Made by a program: the position numbers and the translations under genes. Positions 18,254-27,281 of a stretch of 64,000 nucleotides of DNA are shown here, one piece after another; the first letter of the stretch is position 1; every line of letters begins with the position of its first letter. The stretch is from Paludibacteraceae bacterium (lineage in GTDB: Bacteria; Bacteroidota; Bacteroidia; Bacteroidales; Paludibacteraceae): contig DAOOVG010000001.1 of the NCBI GenBank assembly GCA_035369865.1, positions 2,519 through 66,518 on the forward strand. The letters run 5' to 3'. Under the pieces are notes generated by a model. It was not told the DNA's origin. It was given only the letters and a program-made list of their open reading frames with translations, and searched no databases.

Positions 18254-19938
18254 CCTGGATTATTCGGCCTTAAATTCGGATTACGTTGCATTTGAGTAAA
18301 TGGCAATGAAAGTAAATAATGTTTAGGGTCAATAAACGTCCTACCCTCCTCAATAAGTAAATATTGTTCACCATCAACAAATTTCCACCGTAAAGTATTA
18401 AGTATACCCGGTGTGAGCTTGTTCGGATCAAGCCAGCGTTTATTTACACCTAATAAATCTTCTCCTAAACGATAACCTTCTCTCCATCGAATAATATCCA
18501 AGTAGCGATGTCCCTCAAAGAAGAGTTCTACTCTCCTTTCTCTCCGAATTTCTGTTCTCAAATCTGAACCTTCAGGAATATTACTAAATGTTAAATGCGC
18601 CATTCCAACACGATCTCGCAATAAATTGATGGTGCTGTCCAAAGTAGCTTGAGTTACGTTCCCTGTACGTTCAAGAGCTTCTACATAATTAAGTAATATC
18701 TCTGCATAACGGAAGAAAATGATATCATTGTCATCCTGACCCACTTATCCTACTTTACTGGGCTCTACATATTTATATAAATAGTAACCTGAATAAGTCA
18801 TACAACCATCTTTATCATTTGATAATTTAGGATAAGTAAAAATTGAAGGATTTGTATTATTGGGGTTTCCATCTTTTCTACCCTCCCATGGAGTATTGGG
18901 TGGTAATATAGATTGTTTCATACGAGGATCTCTATTTTCAAATACTTCTTCATAAGTACTTACCGATGAAGGATCCCAAATTTCACCATCTGCTGTAAGC
19001 CAGGCTTCAATCATTGATTTAGTAGGAACAAAACGAGCATAGTCATTCGGCACCCACAATTCGCGTGAAAGATTATGGGATGTTCGAGCACTTTCTCCTA
19101 AATCAAAATTATACACATAAGCCAAAATTGTTTCTTTATTGTTGCTAACCCTTGAAGCGCGTCCGGTGAAATTAAACAAATTTCTATAATCATTCGATTT
19201 ATCACCCGTTGAATATAATTCATATCCTAAGTTCATCGCTCTTTTAGCTGCATCAGCTGCTTCGTTCCATCTTTCGTTGTATAAATAAATTCGAGACAAT
19301 AAAGCTAATGCAGCTCCTTGCGAGATTCTTCCAAATTCTGCTGAGGCAGGTGCAATAAAAGCAGGTAAATTTTTATAAGTCCTTTCTAAATCCGCAGTTA
19401 TACTATCAATAACAACTGAACGAGGATCTCTTCCACGATAAACATCTTCTGAATATACATTTAATTCTTCAGTAATATAAGGAACATCACCAAAAAGTGA
19501 AGTCAACAACCAATAATCGTAAGCTCTAAAAAAATACGCTTCGGCAGCATAACGTTCACGAATTGATTCTTTAACTTTTACAGCCCTATTATAATTATTT
19601 AAAAAGAAATTACAACGTCCAATATTATAGTAAGCATTTGTCCATATATTGTTAATTTGCACTATGTCGGTAGTATAATTTCCTCCACCAATTGTACGAT
19701 AGGCAGTAGTTACTGCCCAAGGCGCACTTTCACCCATTGCTTCAAACATGTTTAAAATATCCTTCCCTTTCAAAGCAGTATAAAGCGCATTAGCAGCACT
19801 TATCAAATGTTCTTCATTTTGCCAAAAATTTTCATTGGTAAGCTTATCATGTGGAGCCCTATCAAGGAATTCATCATTACAGGAAAACAAAACTCCTAAA
19901 AATAAACCAATGATGATATAAATAATATACTTTTTCAT
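18244..19938 (-). pseudogene. susD: SusD/RagB-family outer-membrane lipoprotein interrupted by one in-frame TAA (18745-18747)
   Basis: The two track ORFs (18745-19938 and 18244-18744) are in the same frame and directly abut. The junction reads ...YVEPSKVG-TAA-VGQDDNDIIFFRYAEILLNYVEALE. The N-terminal part has the lipobox (FSCNDEFLD) and TPR-like SusD blocks. The C-terminal part has the canonical RYAE-LLN-AEA motif. The joined length of 564 aa is normal for SusD. Confidence 0.8.
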
Positions 19939-19964
19939 TTTGAAAAGTTTTTAAAAATTTTTAA

Positions 19965-22900
19965 TTACTGAAAAATCAAATTAAGACCCAAAACAAAAGT
20001 TTTTACCTGAGGGTAATACCCTCCACTTGAGGCAACGGGTATTTCCGGATCATAAGCGTAAAAAAAATCAGTTATAGTAAATAAATTTTCGGCTGAGGCA
20101 TAAATCCTACAATTAGCAATTTTTGCTTTATTGATAATTTTTTTAGGTAATGAATATCCTACTTGAATATTTTTTAGTCTCAAATAAGATGCATCTTCTA
20201 ACCAATAAGTAGAAAAAGTAGATTGATTAAAATTAGTATTATAAGTCAATCGAGGGTAAGAAGTTTTTGGATTTGGGTTTTCAATAACATGATATCTTTC
20301 TAAGTGCACTTTTTGAGGATAACCCGCCATATCCTGAAAAGCATGTCGTGCACTACCTGTCAAATAACCATCAGCTTTTCCAACACCTTGAAAAGTAAAT
20401 GAAAAGTCGATACTTTTAAAAAGAACATCACCTTTAAAACTAAAATTATATCGAGGTATAGGATTACCAATTACCACCCTGTCATATTCAGGAGTAATAC
20501 GTCCATCAGGTTTCCCTTGCGGTCCACTGATATCTTTATATTTTATGTCGCCAGGTTGATAATCAGGTCCTACAACTACTGGAATTTTAGGATTATAATA
20601 CTTCCTTTCTGTTTCATCATATAATTTAAAATCATCAGGAGTCATTAATCCTTCTGCAATATAACCATAAAATGCTCCAATAGGATAACCAACTTGACGT
20701 ATTTGATAGGAACTTAAATCTGGAGCTGTTCCTCCTAAATCCGTAATCTTATTTTTTACATCAGAAAGATTAAATGTAACGCCATATTTTACTTTATCAA
20801 TCTTATCTCTCCAGCTAATTTCTATATCCCAACCTTTGTTGTTGACTGACCCTGCATTTTGTTCAGATGGACGTGCTCCAATCTGGGCTGGATAATTTAA
20901 TTGTAATAAAATGCCCTTGGTGTTTTTGTTGTACCAATCAAAAGTAACATTTAATCGGTTTTTTAACAATGCAATATCAATTCCCACATCGAGCATATCA
21001 ATTTTTTCCCATGTCAAATGAGGATTAGCTAAAACGGTCTGAGTATATCCACTTGTTCCTAAAGTACCAATAGCAGAAAGACCGGTTACTTCTGTTAAAA
21101 TAGATAAATAAGGATAATCACTCGAACCTACATATTGATTCCCTAATTTTCCCCACGAACCTCTTAATTTTATATTATCAAAAAAATCTCTTGAAAAATC
21201 CATAAATGGTTCTTCGGTTAATCTCCATGCAAGTGAAAAAGAAGGGAATACCCCTCCCCTTTGTGATTTATGAAAACGAGAAGACAAATCATATCGAAGA
21301 TTAAATTCAGCAAGATATCTATCGCTGAAATTATAATTTAATCTTCCAAAACCAGAACGAATGGCCCAACTTGAATAACTAGCATCGTTACTCATCCCTT
21401 CTTTTGAGCCTAAATTTAAAGTAGGATTTTTTTCTGTCAATAAATTGATTCTTGAAGCTCCAAAACCGTCTGATTCAGCCCATTCTTGAGAAAAACCACC
21501 TACCCCAGAGATTTTGTGTTTTTGAATATCAAATTCAAAATTTGATTGTATAATTAATGTTTGTTGACTTCTTCTTAAGTCTTCTAAATTCAGGATATTG
21601 GGATCATTATAAACGTAAGCAGGTGTTTCTGGCTCATCAGGATTAGTAAAAATGATTTTTTTCCTTAATGAATTTGTCAAAGCGTTTTTATTTACTATAC
21701 TATATGTTGCTGAAACATCCCAACCTTTCATTAAATCAATTTTAGCTACACACATGATTGAAAGCTCATCTGCATCGTAAGTAGTTTTACCACCATCGTG
21801 TAAAATAGCTACTGGGTTAGTATTTCCACCACCATAAGCCCACGAACCATCAGTGTAATAAATAGGTACGTTGGGAGCAATACGCATAGCATTATACAAA
21901 GCAGAAATAGCACCTGCAGTAGTTGTTGAAGAACCAGCAGGAGCAATTATATTTTGAAGAGTATAACCAATATTAGTGTTTATTTCAACTCTATTGAGTA
22001 ATTTCGAATTTAGTTTAAAACGTAAATTATGACGTTTCTCTCCGGTAGTATTTCCCACAGTTAAACCTTGTTGATCTAAATATCGGTAAGAAAATAAATA
22101 TCCTGATTGACCAATATTACCGTTTATATTAACAGAATAATTTTGTTGAGGAGCATTATTATTAAGTACAGCTGAAATCCAATCGGTATTACCAAAATAA
22201 TTGGGATCAGAATTATTCCTTACTTTTTCAAAATGAGATTCATTCCAAGCAATTCCTGTTCCAACATTAGCACGTGCTTCATTGTCTAATGTCATAAATT
22301 CAATAGCATCACACATTTCTGGCAAACGAGTAGGGGTTTGTATGCCATAATAAGCGTTTAATGAAATAGTGGGAGGTTGATCTTTTGATACTAATTTTTT
22401 AGTAGACACCAAAATTACACCATTTGCACCTCGTGCTCCATAAATTGAAGCCGAAGCAGCATCTTTTAGCACAGAAATACTTTCAATATCTTCTGGGTTA
22501 AGTAAATTCATATCTCCTTCTACACCATCAATTAAAACCAAAGGATTTGCATTTCCTATTGTTCCTAAACCACGTATTCGAATATTTGTACTGTTTACAC
22601 CTGGTTGGCCACTTGTATTTACCACTGTTACACCCGACAATAAACCTTGTAACCCACTTGAAACATTGGCAATAGGTCTGGAATTTAATTCATCTGAAGT
22701 GAGCATTGAAACAGCGCCTGTAAGATTTACTTTTTTTTGTGTGCCATATCCCACAACTACTACCTCTTCAAGTAATTTTGTTTCTTCTTTTAATACTATT
22801 TTAAAAGTAGTCATCCCACCTATATTCATTGTTTGAGGCTCATAACCTAAATAAGTAATTGTGAGAACTCCATCGGATGGAACTTCAAGAGAAAAATTAC

Positions 22901-23354
22901 CATTAATATCAGTTATAGTACCTATATTAGTACCTTTTAGAAGAATATTAGCTCCAATGATAGGTTCACCTTTTTCATCAACTACTACTCCCGTAATTTT
23001 TTTCTTTACTGACTCTTTTTTAATGGGTTCTGATTTTGAAGAAAAAGGAATAATGGCAATAGAATTTTCAGATACGAAATTAAAATCAAGTCCTTTTGAC
23101 GGCAAAACTCTGTTCAAAATTTCTTTGATGGAAGCATTTTCCATCTTAAGAGTTATGTCTTTGCTTTTATTCAAAATAATGTTTCGGTATGAAAACTTAT
23201 AAGGCGTTTGTTTTTCGAGGGTAAAGAAAAACTCTTCTAAGTCAATGTTCTTTACATTAATAGAAAATCGTTGCTCTTGTGCTGCTAAACTTATAAAGCT
23301 GCACGATAAAATGAGGCAAATTAAAAATAAAATTTTTTTATAGATTTTCATCAT
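19965..23354 (-). CDS. susC: SusC/RagA-type TonB-dependent transporter with N-terminal STN signalling domain and carboxypeptidase-regulatory-like domain
   Basis: 1129 aa. It has an STN-like block (FSINVKNIDLEEFFFTLEKQTPYKFSY), a CarbopepD_reg block (ITGVVVDEKGEPIIGANILLKGTNIGTITDINGNFSL), a plug (VVVVGYGTQKK) and a terminal beta-strand ending in F-Q. Confidence 0.9.
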   Translation of the reverse strand: MMKIYKKILFLICLILSCSFISLAAQEQRFSINVKNIDLEEFFFTLEKQTPYKFSYRNIILNKSKDITLKMENASIKEILNRVLPSKGLDFNFVSENSIAIIPFSSKSEPIKKESVKKKITGVVVDEKGEPIIGANILLKGTNIGTITDINGNFSLEVPSDGVLTITYLGYEPQTMNIGGMTTFKIVLKEETKLLEEVVVVGYGTQKKVNLTGAVSMLTSDELNSRPIANVSSGLQGLLSGVTVVNTSGQPGVNSTNIRIRGLGTIGNANPLVLIDGVEGDMNLLNPEDIESISVLKDAASASIYGARGANGVILVSTKKLVSKDQPPTISLNAYYGIQTPTRLPEMCDAIEFMTLDNEARANVGTGIAWNESHFEKVRNNSDPNYFGNTDWISAVLNNNAPQQNYSVNINGNIGQSGYLFSYRYLDQQGLTVGNTTGEKRHNLRFKLNSKLLNRVEINTNIGYTLQNIIAPAGSSTTTAGAISALYNAMRIAPNVPIYYTDGSWAYGGGNTNPVAILHDGGKTTYDADELSIMCVAKIDLMKGWDVSATYSIVNKNALTNSLRKKIIFTNPDEPETPAYVYNDPNILNLEDLRRSQQTLIIQSNFEFDIQKHKISGVGGFSQEWAESDGFGASRINLLTEKNPTLNLGSKEGMSNDASYSSWAIRSGFGRLNYNFSDRYLAEFNLRYDLSSRFHKSQRGGVFPSFSLAWRLTEEPFMDFSRDFFDNIKLRGSWGKLGNQYVGSSDYPYLSILTEVTGLSAIGTLGTSGYTQTVLANPHLTWEKIDMLDVGIDIALLKNRLNVTFDWYNKNTKGILLQLNYPAQIGARPSEQNAGSVNNKGWDIEISWRDKIDKVKYGVTFNLSDVKNKITDLGGTAPDLSSYQIRQVGYPIGAFYGYIAEGLMTPDDFKLYDETERKYYNPKIPVVVGPDYQPGDIKYKDISGPQGKPDGRITPEYDRVVIGNPIPRYNFSFKGDVLFKSIDFSFTFQGVGKADGYLTGSARHAFQDMAGYPQKVHLERYHVIENPNPKTSYPRLTYNTNFNQSTFSTYWLEDASYLRLKNIQVGYSLPKKIINKAKIANCRIYASAENLFTITDFFYAYDPEIPVASSGGYYPQVKTFVLGLNLIFQ

Positions 23355-23386
23355 GGTTTTATAAATTAATAGATTTATTTTAAGCT

Positions 23387-24367
23387 TTATGATTTTTTCT
23401 TATTCAACTTGAAATTATCAATAAATATTTTATTGCCTTTAATTACATAATCAAACTGGTAATGTAATTTTAACACATCTATCGTTTCATTTAAATTGTT
23501 TGTAGAGAAAGTTCCTGTGAAAATATCATATGGAAGAGTGTCGTTACAATTTACTTGAATTTTTACACCGTAAGTCCGTTCTATTTCTCTAAATACTTCT
23601 TTTATGTCGACTCCGTGAAAAACAAGTTGCCCTTTTCGCCAAGCTGTTGATTCGACTGGAGTTCCTGATACTATTTTAATTTTTCCTGATTTTTTATCAA
23701 GAATAGCTTTTTGATGAGGAAGTAATAATATGCTTTCTTTGGTAGTATTTGAAGTAAGATTGACTTTGCCCTCTAACAAGTCAATCTCAGTCGATATATT
23801 TTCGTCACGTGCTCTCAGATTGAAAGAAGTTCCGACAACTTGTACCTCCATATGACTGGTTTGAATAATAAAAGGCTTATTATTTTTAGCAATTTCAAAA
23901 TAAGCTTCTCCAGAAAAATTAATGCGTCGTTCTTTACGATTAAATTCGTTTACGTTATAACTTAATAGAGATTGAGCATTTAAATTGACTTTTGTGCTAT
24001 CAGGCAATATAATGTTTGCCTTCTCTCCCTCTTCAACAGAAACAATCATATCGCTGAGAGGACTTGCTTTATTCCCAGCATTATAAACAAGAGTGGTGAT
24101 AATTATGAAAGGAACAATAATTGCTGCTGCAATTTGTACTGACTTTTTAAATATTGAATGGCTTGTCTTTTTATTTGCTTTATCAATATTTTGCTTGATT
24201 TCAAGTAATTTTTGGCTATAAAATGCTCCTCCTTTTTCTTCATCCCATAATTGTCGTAAAATCTTTTCTATTTTTTCATCACTGGAAGAATTCAACAATT
24301 TTTTAAATTCTTGAAATTCTTGATCAGTCAAATTATTATCAAAATATTTTTGGAATAAATTTTTCAT
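23387..24367 (-). CDS. FecR-family anti-sigma factor / transmembrane sensor
   Basis: It shows FecR architecture: a short cytoplasmic N-terminus, one TM segment (IAAAIIVPFIIITTLV) and a periplasmic FecR domain (FEIAKNNKPFIIQTSHMEVQVVGTSFNL). The likely start is the MKNLFQKY ATG at 24367 rather than the track start at 24436. Confidence 0.8.
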   Translation of the reverse strand: MKNLFQKYFDNNLTDQEFQEFKKLLNSSSDEKIEKILRQLWDEEKGGAFYSQKLLEIKQNIDKANKKTSHSIFKKSVQIAAAIIVPFIIITTLVYNAGNKASPLSDMIVSVEEGEKANIILPDSTKVNLNAQSLLSYNVNEFNRKERRINFSGEAYFEIAKNNKPFIIQTSHMEVQVVGTSFNLRARDENISTEIDLLEGKVNLTSNTTKESILLLPHQKAILDKKSGKIKIVSGTPVESTAWRKGQLVFHGVDIKEVFREIERTYGVKIQVNCNDTLPYDIFTGTFSTNNLNETIDVLKLHYQFDYVIKGNKIFIDNFKLNKKKS

Positions 24368-24584
24368 AAATTCATCAATAAGTTTGTCAATCAAAAAATT
24401 TTGTATTGTCCTTCTATATAGTAATACACTTAACAAGATAAAAAGTACCGAAATATTTTTATGTTGTACAACATAAAAATAGGCTTATAAGCAAAAAGGT
24501 AGGCTGAAATTTTCTGGAATGTCGATTATGATTATCTTCCCTCTATAAATTTAATAGAATAGAGCAGGAATATTATTTTGACAA

Positions 24585-24770
24585 TCAGGTTATTGGTAAT
24601 TTTTTATCTGTGACATAAAAACAAAAATAAAGTATTCGTCTTCGTTCTTGAAAATCGGGAAGTTGGGAAAATAAAATACTTTCCTCTGTAAGTTTTTCAT
24701 GTATCACAAGCGTTTTCATTACCGTCAAAGTCTGTTGTTCTTTTTGTGTATACAGGATAATATTTTTCAA
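24585..24770 (-). pseudogene. Possible C-terminal remnant of the cognate ECF sigma-70 factor
   Basis: The 61-aa ORF contains ...ESILFSQLPDFQERRRILYF..., which resembles the LP-x-x-x-R-x-(V/I)F start of sigma region 4. It sits exactly where an ECF sigma gene is expected upstream of fecR, but the region-2 and helix-turn-helix parts are missing. Confidence 0.3.
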
Positions 24771-24780
24771 TATTTCACCT

Positions 24781-25302
24781 CAAAGATAAGGAACTGAGAA
24801 AATGCTGGAAGAAACCATTTGAAGAAATGGCTTTAATAATCTTCCGCAGCAATACCTTATTGCCCTAATTGGGAACATTGGTGTTCAGACGGATATTGCA
24901 TCGCTGAACTTTGTCCATCTGTTGTTCAAGCTGAAATCGACTTATGTCAACTGACAGCACTATTTGCTGAATTGAAACATTTCTTGTAATACATTATCGG
25001 AGATAAAACTACCCTTTATCAAATTTTTATGAAAACATTCTGTTATCCATTGTGCATCTTCCGTCTTAATAAAATAAGAATTGGTCAGTTTTAACAAAAA
25101 ATCTGATGCAAGAACATGCTATATAGGCATCCAGTAAATATTGGTACTCTCCATTGCTACGTTTTCACAACCTTTTTCTACTAATACACATGCAAAGTTA
25201 TCAGATCAGGAACGAGCGTTTCATAACGTTTTTCTAATTTTTTTACTTTGTTCATCCAAAATGCGAGCAAATACACTATTTTTGTGAATATCTAAGGCGC
25301 AT
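24781..25302 (-). mobile_element. Truncated, frameshifted IS110-family (DEDD) transposase fragment
   Basis: Reverse-strand translation across several frames gives ALDIHKNSVFARILDEQSK..., YETLVPDLITLHV..., LVEKGCENVAMESTNIYWMPIY and KTEDAQWITECFHKNLIKGSFISDNVLQEM...NNRWTKFSDA. This matches the GIDIHK / MESTGxYW / KTDxxDAxWIAxLL signature order of the IS110 N-terminal domain. It has multiple stops and lacks the C-terminal half. Confidence 0.7.
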
Positions 25303-25476
25303 TTCCCTCTAAAATTTACCGGATTAAATTGTTAAATAATTAATTTATTTTGTTGGTTGTCAAAAAAACCAACTTACAACGGTAATATTTGTGCTTCAAG
25401 CACCGTACGATAAACCATTAAAGTCATGTTACTTTTGATTTTTATTTTCGTGCGTTTGGAAATCCCTCGATTTTTC
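25303..25476 (-). repeat. 5' non-coding end of the IS110-like element (repeat copy A; inverted partner at 63755-63941)
   Basis: The reverse complement aligns by eye with 63755-63941. Example blocks are GAAAAATCGAGGGATTTCCAAACGCACGAAAATAAAAATCAA versus GAAAATCGAGGTATTTCCAAACGTATGAAAATTAAAATCAA, and TACCGTTGTAAGTTGGTTTTTTTGACAACCAAC versus TACTTTTGTAAGTTGATTTTTTTAACAAC. I estimate roughly 70-80 percent identity. Confidence 0.65.
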
Positions 25477-25643
25477 TGTAATCTACTATGAAAATTTGAT
25501 ATTATTATAAAAATATTGCCTATCAAGGGTTTCTATGCACTGTATTAATATATTATTGATTATCAATTAAATATCGGAAAATCCAAACTTGTAAAAAAGA
25601 AATTTTACCTTGCTACTCAGCAAAGTATACCAATATACTACTA

Positions 25644-25673
25644 GCAATGGGCAACTTCCCAGTTGCCCATTGC
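25644..25673. other. GC-rich perfect 13-bp hairpin with a 4-nt loop
   Basis: GCAATGGGCAACT-TCCC-AGTTGCCCATTGC. No T-run follows on either strand. Confidence 0.6.
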
Positions 25674-25748
25674 CCCATTTAACCTAAACCTTAACTATGA
25701 AAAATTTATTTGTTTGTTTACTTTACAAAAGTAAGATATTTTCTTGAA

Positions 25749-25782
25749 ACTGCAAACGTTTGCAGTCCTTTTTCTGATTTTT
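25749..25782 (+). terminator. Rho-independent-type terminator on the plus strand upstream of miaB
   Basis: The palindrome ACTGCAAACGTTTGCAGT is followed by CCTTTTTCTGATTTTT. Confidence 0.5.
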
Positions 25783-25916
25783 ATTAAAAAATAATTGTAA
25801 TTTATACATTTTCAATAAGATAATAACTATATTAAAATAGTTAAATAAAGTTAAGCACCTTTGTCTCATAATTTTCAATTTATTGATGTAACTTTGTATT
25901 TGAAAAAATATAAAAA

Positions 25917-27281
25917 ATGAACGAAATTTTGTCTCTTGTGCTTTCAAAAGAATCAAAAAATAAAAAATTATATATTGAAACGTATGGCTGCCAAATGAAT
26001 GTGGCTGATAGTGAAATAGTTGCTTCTATTATGAAAATGGATGGTTATGAACTGACCGCGCAATTGAATGAAGCTGACGCTATTTTTGTAAATACTTGCT
26101 CTATCCGTGACAATGCAGAACGACGAGTGATAGAACGATTAAAATATTTTCAATCGATTAAACGTCAAAATAGGAAGTTGATAATAGGAGTTTTGGGGTG
26201 TATGGCCGAGCGCATAAAAGAAGATTTGATAAACAATTATGGAGTAGATTTAGTGGTTGGACCTGATGCTTATTTAGATTTACCTAATTTAATGGGTGCT
26301 GTTGAAAATGGAGAAAAAGCGGTGAATGTATTACTTTCCACCACTGAAACTTATAGCGAAATAATTCCTTTAAGAATAGGAAATCCTGTTTCTGGTTTTA
26401 TATCTATTAGTAGAGGATGCAATAATTTTTGTTCTTATTGTATTGTGCCTTATACCCGCGGTCGGGAACGAAGTAGAGATGTAGAAAGTATTCTGCATGA
26501 GTTGGATGATTTAAGAGCAAGAAATTTTAAAGAAGTGACTTTGTTGGGACAAAATGTAAACTCTTATCAGTTTGAATATCAAGAAAAAATGATAGAATTT
26601 CCCGATTTATTAGAGATTGTAGCAGAAAGAGCCCCTGAAATGCGATTTCGTTTCACTACTTCTCATCCAAAAGACATGAGTGACCGTACATTGGAGGTAA
26701 TAGCTCAATATCCAAATTTATGTCATTATATTCATTTGCCTGTACAATCGGGGAGTAATAAAATTTTAAAACTAATGAATCGCAAATATACACGCGAAAG
26801 TTATTTGGAAAAAATTGATTCTATTCATCGTATTTTACCTGATGCAGCCATCGGGACAGATGTGTTTTGTGGTTTTCCTAACGAAACAGAAGAAGATTTT
26901 CAGCAGACTTTGTCATTGATGGAGGAAGTAAAATTTGATATGGCTTTTACTTTTAAATATTCAGAACGACCCGGAACGTATGCTGCTAAAAATTTATGTG
27001 ACAACATTAGTGAAGAAATAAAAATCAAGCGGCTGAATGAAATTATCAGCTTGCAAAAAGAACTTTCGCTTCAAAGTAATCGAAATGAGGTAGGAAAAAC
27101 TTTTGAAGTGCTGGTAGAAGGTTTTTCTAAACGTTCTAAAGAAAAATTTTTTGGACGCACTTCACAAAACAAAGTAGTTATTTTCCCTCGTCAAAGTAGA
27201 AAAATAGGTGAAACTATTCAGGTAAAAATAACTGATTTTTCTTCTGCTACACTTTTTGGTGAAGTAGTAGATTTTAGTTAA
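25917..27281 (+). CDS. miaB: tRNA-2-methylthio-N6-dimethylallyladenosine synthase (radical SAM methylthiotransferase)
   Basis: 454 aa with LYIETYGCQMNVADSE (UPF0004 domain), radical SAM motif CNNFCSYCIVP and a C-terminal TRAM domain. Confidence 0.9.
   Translation: MNEILSLVLSKESKNKKLYIETYGCQMNVADSEIVASIMKMDGYELTAQLNEADAIFVNTCSIRDNAERRVIERLKYFQSIKRQNRKLIIGVLGCMAERIKEDLINNYGVDLVVGPDAYLDLPNLMGAVENGEKAVNVLLSTTETYSEIIPLRIGNPVSGFISISRGCNNFCSYCIVPYTRGRERSRDVESILHELDDLRARNFKEVTLLGQNVNSYQFEYQEKMIEFPDLLEIVAERAPEMRFRFTTSHPKDMSDRTLEVIAQYPNLCHYIHLPVQSGSNKILKLMNRKYTRESYLEKIDSIHRILPDAAIGTDVFCGFPNETEEDFQQTLSLMEEVKFDMAFTFKYSERPGTYAAKNLCDNISEEIKIKRLNEIISLQKELSLQSNRNEVGKTFEVLVEGFSKRSKEKFFGRTSQNKVVIFPRQSRKIGETIQVKITDFSSATLFGEVVDFS

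Noticed and set aside
18745-18747. Possibility that the in-frame TAA in susD reflects stop-codon reassignment or programmed read-through
   Set aside because: TAA is used as an ordinary terminator by neighbouring genes, for example susC at 19965 and GH89 at 10050. All other genes in the window are intact under the standard code, and no recoding signal is apparent.
25697-25747. 16-codon ORF MKNLFVCLLYKSKIFS as a real small protein or leader peptide
   Set aside because: It is too short, lies in AT-rich DNA where such ORFs arise by chance, and has no visible regulatory logic linking it to miaB. I kept it only as part of the hairpin/terminator observation.
25723-25956. 77-aa minus-strand ORF overlapping the miaB start
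   Set aside because: It is a Lys/Phe/Ile-rich translation of AT-rich promoter DNA and overlaps the miaB start codon and promoter.
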